Below, in pieces: positions 26,323-32,000 of a stretch of DNA of 32,000 nucleotides. Numbering within the stretch: the first letter of the stretch is position 1; each line of letters opens with the position of its first letter. Source of the stretch: Bacillus subtilis subsp. subtilis str. 168 (GTDB lineage: Bacteria; Bacillota; Bacilli; Bacillales; Bacillaceae). A program made the position numbers and the translations under genes. The stretch is taken from the NCBI RefSeq assembly GCF_000009045.1, contig NC_000964.3, positions 3,810,001 through 3,842,000 of the forward strand, in the 5' to 3' direction. The notes under the pieces were generated by a model that was not told where the DNA came from, did not search any database, and worked only from the letters and a program-made list of their open reading frames with translations.

Positions 26323-27669
26323 TTGTTTATAGAGCAGATGTTTCCATTTATTAATGAAAGTGTAAGAGTTCACCAGCTTCCTGAGGGCGGCGTGTTAGAA
26401 ATCGACTACTTGCGCGATAATGTCTCCATTTCTGACTTTGAGTATTTGGATCTCAACAAAACGGCTTACGAGCTCTGCATGCGCATGGATGGCCAAAAAA
26501 CAGCTGAGCAGATTTTAGCTGAGCAATGTGCAGTGTATGATGAATCACCGGAAGACCATAAAGATTGGTATTACGACATGCTCAACATGCTCCAGAACAA
26601 GCAGGTTATTCAGCTTGGAAACCGGGCCAGCCGCCATACAATCACCACGAGCGGAAGCAATGAATTTCCGATGCCCCTGCACGCCACCTTTGAACTGACG
26701 CACCGCTGTAATTTGAAATGCGCCCACTGTTATTTGGAAAGCTCACCTGAAGCGCTCGGCACCGTGTCGATTGAGCAATTCAAAAAAACGGCTGATATGC
26801 TGTTTGATAACGGTGTATTGACATGCGAAATCACAGGTGGAGAAATTTTTGTCCATCCAAACGCCAATGAGATTCTTGACTATGTGTGTAAAAAGTTCAA
26901 AAAAGTCGCTGTCTTAACAAACGGAACACTCATGCGAAAAGAGAGCCTGGAGCTTTTGAAGACTTACAAGCAAAAAATCATCGTCGGCATTTCTCTAGAT
27001 AGTGTCAATTCCGAGGTCCATGACTCCTTTAGAGGGAGAAAAGGCTCTTTTGCCCAAACTTGTAAAACGATAAAATTGTTGAGTGACCACGGTATATTTG
27101 TCAGAGTCGCTATGTCTGTCTTCGAAAAAAACATGTGGGAAATCCACGATATGGCCCAAAAGGTTCGGGATCTCGGGGCGAAGGCGTTTTCTTACAATTG
27201 GGTTGACGATTTCGGAAGAGGCAGGGATATTGTCCATCCAACGAAAGACGCCGAGCAGCACCGCAAGTTTATGGAATACGAGCAACATGTGATTGATGAG
27301 TTTAAAGATCTGATTCCGATTATTCCCTATGAGAGAAAACGCGCGGCAAATTGCGGCGCTGGCTGGAAGTCCATTGTGATCAGTCCGTTCGGCGAAGTAC
27401 GTCCTTGCGCCCTCTTTCCAAAGGAATTTTCATTGGGAAATATTTTTCATGATTCCTATGAAAGCATCTTTAACTCCCCTCTCGTCCATAAACTGTGGCA
27501 AGCGCAAGCGCCGCGGTTCAGCGAACATTGCATGAAAGACAAATGCCCGTTCAGCGGCTATTGCGGAGGCTGTTACTTAAAAGGGCTGAACTCTAACAAA
27601 TATCACCGGAAAAACATTTGCTCTTGGGCGAAAAATGAACAATTAGAAGACGTGGTCCAGCTTATTTAG
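26323..27669 (+). CDS. albA: Radical SAM / SPASM sactisynthase forming the subtilosin thioether bonds
   Basis: 448-aa ORF with TTG start. CxxxCxxC motif CNLKCAHC at 26707-26730 (Cys129/133/136). C-terminal Cys-rich SPASM region CGAGWKS...C...CMKDKCPFSGYCGGC. Confidence 0.96.
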   Translation: MFIEQMFPFINESVRVHQLPEGGVLEIDYLRDNVSISDFEYLDLNKTAYELCMRMDGQKTAEQILAEQCAVYDESPEDHKDWYYDMLNMLQNKQVIQLGNRASRHTITTSGSNEFPMPLHATFELTHRCNLKCAHCYLESSPEALGTVSIEQFKKTADMLFDNGVLTCEITGGEIFVHPNANEILDYVCKKFKKVAVLTNGTLMRKESLELLKTYKQKIIVGISLDSVNSEVHDSFRGRKGSFAQTCKTIKLLSDHGIFVRVAMSVFEKNMWEIHDMAQKVRDLGAKAFSYNWVDDFGRGRDIVHPTKDAEQHRKFMEYEQHVIDEFKDLIPIIPYERKRAANCGAGWKSIVISPFGEVRPCALFPKEFSLGNIFHDSYESIFNSPLVHKLWQAQAPRFSEHCMKDKCPFSGYCGGCYLKGLNSNKYHRKNICSWAKNEQLEDVVQLI

Positions 27670-27681
27670 GAGGGAAACGAT

Positions 27682-27843
27682 TTGTCACCAGCACAAAGAA
27701 GAATTTTACTGTATATCCTTTCATTTATCTTTGTCATCGGCGCAGTCGTCTATTTTGTCAAAAGCGATTATCTGTTTACGCTGATTTTCATTGCCATTGC
27801 CATTCTGTTCGGGATGCGCGCGCGGAAGGCTGACTCGCGATGA
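27682..27843 (+). CDS. albB: Small two-TM membrane protein (subtilosin immunity), 53 aa
   Basis: Not in the ORF track. TTG at 27682 follows AGGAGGGAA. Product MSPAQRRILLYILSFIFVIGAVVYFVKSDYLFTLIFIAIAILFGMRARKADSR. Its TGA overlaps the albC ATG (ATGA at 27840-27843). Confidence 0.85.
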   Translation: MSPAQRRILLYILSFIFVIGAVVYFVKSDYLFTLIFIAIAILFGMRARKADSR

Positions 27844-28559
27844 GCATTTTGGATATACACGATGTATCCGTTTGGTATGAACGGGACAACGTCATCTTAG
27901 AACAAGTGGATTTACATTTAGAAAAAGGCGCCGTTTACGGGTTACTTGGGGTAAACGGCGCCGGAAAAACGACACTGATTAATACGCTGACAGGCGTGAA
28001 CCGCAATTTCAGCGGGCGTTTTACACTGTGCGGAATTGAAGCGGAGGCCGGCATGCCGCAGAAAACATCAGATCAGCTGAAGACTCACCGTTACTTCGCC
28101 GCCGATTATCCGCTGCTATTTACAGAAATTACGGCGAAGGACTATGTGTCTTTCGTCCATTCGCTTTATCAAAAGGATTTTTCAGAGCAGCAGTTTGCCA
28201 GTTTGGCCGAGGCCTTTCATTTTTCGAAATACATCAATAGGAGAATTTCGGAGCTGTCCTTGGGGAACAGGCAAAAGGTTGTATTGATGACAGGCTTATT
28301 GCTGCGCGCTCCCCTGTTTATTTTGGATGAGCCGCTCGTCGGTTTGGATGTGGAATCGATAGAGGTCTTTTATCAGAAAATGCGTGAGTACTGTGAAGCA
28401 GGCGGAACCATTTTGTTTTCTTCTCATCTGCTCGATGTCGTGCAAAGATTTTGTGATTATGCGGCTATTCTTCACAACAAACAGATCCAAAAGGTCATTC
28501 CGATTGGAGAGGAGACCGATCTGCGGCGGGAATTTTTCGAGGTGATCGGCCATGAATAA
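27840..28559 (+). CDS. albC: ABC transporter ATP-binding protein
   Basis: 239-aa ORF. Walker A GVNGAGKTT, signature LSLGNRQK, Walker B LFILDEP. Confidence 0.93.
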   Translation: MSILDIHDVSVWYERDNVILEQVDLHLEKGAVYGLLGVNGAGKTTLINTLTGVNRNFSGRFTLCGIEAEAGMPQKTSDQLKTHRYFAADYPLLFTEITAKDYVSFVHSLYQKDFSEQQFASLAEAFHFSKYINRRISELSLGNRQKVVLMTGLLLRAPLFILDEPLVGLDVESIEVFYQKMREYCEAGGTILFSSHLLDVVQRFCDYAAILHNKQIQKVIPIGEETDLRREFFEVIGHE

Positions 28560-29862
28560 CATAATCCCTATCATGTCTTTGCTGTTCAAACAGCTTTACA
28601 GCCGGCAAGGGAAAAAGGACGCCATCCGCATTGCCGCAGGCCTTGTCATTCTGGCCGTGTTTGAAATCGGGCTGATCCGCCAGGCCGGCATTGATGAATC
28701 GGTGTTGCGCAAAACGTATATCATACTCGCGCTTCTTTTGATGAACACATATATGGTGTTTCTTTCCGTGACATCACAATGGAAGGAATCTTATATGAAG
28801 CTGAGCTGCCTGCTGCCGATTTCTTCACGGAGCTTTTGGCTCGCCCAGAGTGTCGTTTTGTTTGTCGATACCTGTTTGAGAAGAACTTTATTCTTTTTTA
28901 TTTTACCGCTGTTCTTATTTGGAAACGGAACGCTGTCAGGGGCGCAAACATTGTTTTGGCTCGGCAGGTTTTCGTTTTTTACCGTTTACTCCATTATTTT
29001 CGGAGTTGTGCTAAGCAACCACTTCGTCAAAAAGAAGAACTTGATGTTTCTGCTGCATGCGGCGATATTCGCCTGTGTATGTATCAGCGCCGCTTTGATG
29101 CCGGCCGCCACGATTCCGCTTTGCGCGGTTCATATCCTGTGGGCGGTGGTCATTGACTTTCCTGTCTTTCTGCAGGCGCCTCCGCAGCAGGGCAAGATGC
29201 ATTCATTTATGCGGCGATCTGAATTTTCGTTTTACAAAAGAGAATGGAACCGATTTATCTCTTCTAAAGCGATGCTGTTAAATTACGCGGTAATGGCGGT
29301 ATTCAGCGGCTTCTTTTCGTTCCAGATGATGAACACCGGCATCTTCAATCAGCAAGTGATTTATATCGTGATTTCCGCGCTTTTGCTCATCTGCTCGCCG
29401 ATCGCCCTTTTGTATTCGATTGAAAAAAATGACCGGATGCTGCTCATCACGCTTCCGATCAAGCGAAAAACGATGTTTTGGGCGAAATATCGCTTTTATT
29501 CAGGCCTATTGGCAGGCGGATTTCTCCTTGTCGTGATGATTGTGGGTTTCATCAGCGGCCGTTCGATTTCAGTTCTCACTTTTTTGCAGTGCATTGAGTT
29601 GCTGCTGGCGGGAGCGTATATCAGGTTAACTGCGGATGAAAAAAGGCCCTCCTTCAGCTGGCAGACGGAGCAGCAGCTATGGAGCGGTTTCTCAAAATAT
29701 CGGTCTTATCTGTTTTGTCTTCCCCTATTCTTAGCCATATTAGCCGGCACCGCTGTATCCTTGGCGGTCATTCCGATAGCCGGTCTGGTCATAGTCTATT
29801 ACCTGCAAAAACAGGATGGTGGTTTCTTTGATACAAGCAAAAGAGAACGGCTTGGAAGTTAA
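28552..29862 (+). CDS. albD: Polytopic membrane protein (export/immunity partner of AlbC)
   Basis: 436-aa, highly hydrophobic ORF. Its ATG overlaps the albC 3' end by 8 nt. Confidence 0.9.
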   Translation: MNNIIPIMSLLFKQLYSRQGKKDAIRIAAGLVILAVFEIGLIRQAGIDESVLRKTYIILALLLMNTYMVFLSVTSQWKESYMKLSCLLPISSRSFWLAQSVVLFVDTCLRRTLFFFILPLFLFGNGTLSGAQTLFWLGRFSFFTVYSIIFGVVLSNHFVKKKNLMFLLHAAIFACVCISAALMPAATIPLCAVHILWAVVIDFPVFLQAPPQQGKMHSFMRRSEFSFYKREWNRFISSKAMLLNYAVMAVFSGFFSFQMMNTGIFNQQVIYIVISALLLICSPIALLYSIEKNDRMLLITLPIKRKTMFWAKYRFYSGLLAGGFLLVVMIVGFISGRSISVLTFLQCIELLLAGAYIRLTADEKRPSFSWQTEQQLWSGFSKYRSYLFCLPLFLAILAGTAVSLAVIPIAGLVIVYYLQKQDGGFFDTSKRERLGS

Positions 29863-31012
29863 CCTGCTGAAGACTCATCAATTTTCAACTATTTCAATCG
29901 CCGCGAGCTTTCTGAAACCGATCGAAAGCGCGGCGGAACCTGAGGAAGAAACGATTTATTTTTACGGCGCCGCCGCATACCTGAAGGAGCAAATCATTGA
30001 CGCTTTTGGTTATGCTGCCGGCAGCCGTTTCATGTACTCAGCGAATCTCTTTTTTGATCAGCAGCTGAAAACCTGCGGGACCCGTTTGATTCACCCATTA
30101 TATAACGGGAATCTTCATGTTGACGCCCTGATGAAAACTTTTGCAGACTTGTCTTTCCCTTCTTCTCTTTCATTCGAAGCATTTGAAAAGGCCAGGAATG
30201 AGCTGCTGCTGAAAATCGAAAAGAAATTCACTGATCCCTTCTCCTACTCGGCGGCTCGCTTGGCTGAGGAGGTCTTCGGAAACCCGATGTACGGCACAGG
30301 CATGTTTGGCCGGAGAGACAGGATAAAGGCGATTCATCCTAAACGGTTTCTCGACGCAACGGACTTTATCGTTGATTTAGTGTCCCAGCAAAAACAGCTG
30401 AACATATTGGGACAAGTACAAGCATGTGATGTTCGGGGACATGCCCCGCAAACGTCCGCTGTAACGTCCGGAAGAATACCCGTAAACCGGCATGTTTTTG
30501 AAACAGAGACACGCAGCGCTGCAGGTCCTTCCGTCTTGACACTCGGATTTGACTGCGGAGAGATGAAAGATGCCAGCGATTATATCAAAATACAGCTAAT
30601 AGACGGATTACTGGGAAAGTACGGCCATTCCGCTTTATTCAAGCACTTCAGAGAGAAGGATCTGGCAGTCTATCACGTTATCACCCGTTACGATGTCATG
30701 AACAATTTGCTGCTTGTTTCAATATGTACAGATCAGCTTCATGAGAAAGACATTCCCCCGCGCGTTTTGGAAGCTGTCTCAGCTTTTCATACAGATGAGC
30801 GGGAACTAGAACAGGCAAAGCAGTTTTTACGCAATGAATTGCTGCTGCAATTCGATTCTCCCGAAGGTCTATTGGCCTATATGGGGGTCCTGCGCCGCTT
30901 CTCCTGCACGAAAGAAGCCTTGCTGGATGGCATCTCAGCGGTTACATGCCGTGATGTATTGCAATTCATAGCGACCATCAATTATATCGGAGCTCATGTA
31001 GTAAGGGGATGA
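29852..31012 (+). CDS. albE: M16-family peptidase-like protein lacking the zinc-binding motif
   Basis: ORF 29816..31012. The start is uncertain: ATG 29816, TTG 29828 or TTG 29852. I use 29852 because I remember AlbE as 386 aa. AYLKE sits where an M16 HxxEH motif would be. Confidence 0.85.
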   Translation: MEVNLLKTHQFSTISIAASFLKPIESAAEPEEETIYFYGAAAYLKEQIIDAFGYAAGSRFMYSANLFFDQQLKTCGTRLIHPLYNGNLHVDALMKTFADLSFPSSLSFEAFEKARNELLLKIEKKFTDPFSYSAARLAEEVFGNPMYGTGMFGRRDRIKAIHPKRFLDATDFIVDLVSQQKQLNILGQVQACDVRGHAPQTSAVTSGRIPVNRHVFETETRSAAGPSVLTLGFDCGEMKDASDYIKIQLIDGLLGKYGHSALFKHFREKDLAVYHVITRYDVMNNLLLVSICTDQLHEKDIPPRVLEAVSAFHTDERELEQAKQFLRNELLLQFDSPEGLLAYMGVLRRFSCTKEALLDGISAVTCRDVLQFIATINYIGAHVVRG

Positions 31013-31016
31013 AGAG

Positions 31017-32000
31017 ATGGAAAAGAAAGCCTTTTTTCAACAGCTGGATGAACGAACCGATATCAGATACACAGACAGCGGACTAAAAATATTCAGATTG
31101 AAATTCCCCCGCGCCCACCTGCGGCTGTGCAATGTAAAAATCGATTTTGGAAGCCGGGATGTATGTATACGGGCAGAATCCGGTGATACACTGCTTCCGT
31201 ATGGCACAGCACATTTTTTAGAGCATCTTCTCTTCTGGCATAACGGCCGCAATCTGTACAGTGATTTTTTTGCGCATGGCGCGCTTTTAAACGCATTCAC
31301 TACCTACACCGATACCAATTTCATGTTTACCTCATTACCGGATCGGCTCAGACAAACGATTCCCATCCTGCTTGATGCTTTATGGAACCACTCATTTGAC
31401 AAGAAGATTGTCGCTCAGGAAAAAGCTGTGATTACAAGCGAAATTCAAACAGCACACCTTAACCATCAGCTCTCATATCATTATCAGCTGATCAGCATGC
31501 TTTCTCCCTCCTCACCAGCTGCCGTTTTCCCCGCAGGCAGAATCGAAGATATTGAGGCGCTGGACATCAGTGATTTACAAAAAGCCTATAAGGCTGCCTA
31601 CCAAGCCCATCGGATGACGCTGTTTTTGATTGGGGGCTCAGAAAATACAGAAACGCTTTTGCCTCCTCACCTCCAGCTGGAAAAGCGTCCGGATTATCAT
31701 GCTGAAAGAAAAATCATCCCGGCATGCCCTCCAGTCCTCTCACAAAAAATGATGCTGGGTGATGAGGAGCGGATGGAAGATACCTGGACCGGATTACAGA
31801 TCGGCGCACTTCCCGGGCAAAACGATCTGTTGTCGATAAAGCTTTATTGGGATATCGCGGCTCGTATTCTATTTCAATTAGATTCACCGTTTTTTCAAGA
31901 GATTCAGCAAACGTACCGCCTGGAAATCGATCGCTTGTCAGCCGAGACTTATATATATGAGGATGGCGGTTTCTTGATCCTTCACAGTCAAGGGACCCAT
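31017..32000 (+). CDS. albF: M16-family zinc metallopeptidase (5' partial, runs off the window)
   Basis: Not in the ORF track (no stop in the window). ATG at 31017 follows AAGGGGA. The frame is open for all 328 codons to 32000. Inverted zinc motif HFLEH at 31212-31226. Confidence 0.9.
   Translation, partial: MEKKAFFQQLDERTDIRYTDSGLKIFRLKFPRAHLRLCNVKIDFGSRDVCIRAESGDTLLPYGTAHFLEHLLFWHNGRNLYSDFFAHGALLNAFTTYTDTNFMFTSLPDRLRQTIPILLDALWNHSFDKKIVAQEKAVITSEIQTAHLNHQLSYHYQLISMLSPSSPAAVFPAGRIEDIEALDISDLQKAYKAAYQAHRMTLFLIGGSENTETLLPPHLQLEKRPDYHAERKIIPACPPVLSQKMMLGDEERMEDTWTGLQIGALPGQNDLLSIKLYWDIAARILFQLDSPFFQEIQQTYRLEIDRLSAETYIYEDGGFLILHSQGTH

Noticed and set aside
28779-29156. 125-aa alternate-frame ORF inside albD
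   Set aside because: It is on the same strand but out of frame within a continuous 436-aa hydrophobic ORF that is coupled to albC. It has no RBS.

Overview
This window reads as a contiguous piece of Bacillus subtilis (168-type) chromosome. I recognise the gene order and protein sequences from memory and cannot run a search to confirm identity. I call 29 protein-coding genes.

Layout, left to right:
- Core genes (1-13.1 kb): ywjG, pyrG, rpoE, acdA-fadF(ywjF), clsB(ywjE)-uvsE, ywjC, ywjA-ywjB, ywiE.
- Anaerobic nitrate-respiration block (13.5-23.6 kb): narGHJI, arfM, ywiC, fnr, narK. It carries three Fnr boxes (TGTGA-N6-TCACA) with identical promoter geometry.
- ywiB-argS (23.6-25.7 kb).
- Subtilosin A sactipeptide cluster (26.0 kb to the window end): sboA, sboX, albA-albF, with albF cut off at 32000.

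Three genes in that cluster are absent from the ORF track. sboA (43 codons) and albB (53 codons) are too short, and albF has no stop codon inside the window.

I saw no rRNA, tRNA, CRISPR array, IS element, transposase or integrase.

The clearest accessory system is the sbo-alb cluster, which is already well described. I cannot point to a convincingly new system. The least explained sequence is a 470-bp locus (13088-13557) with its own terminator and only a broken small hydrophobic ORF. The other leads are functional inferences:
- FadF as an EtfD-like membrane electron acceptor.
- AlbE/AlbF as an inactive/active M16 peptidase pair.
- YwjC as an HPr-like protein.
- One Fnr box positioned to serve both arfM and ywiC.
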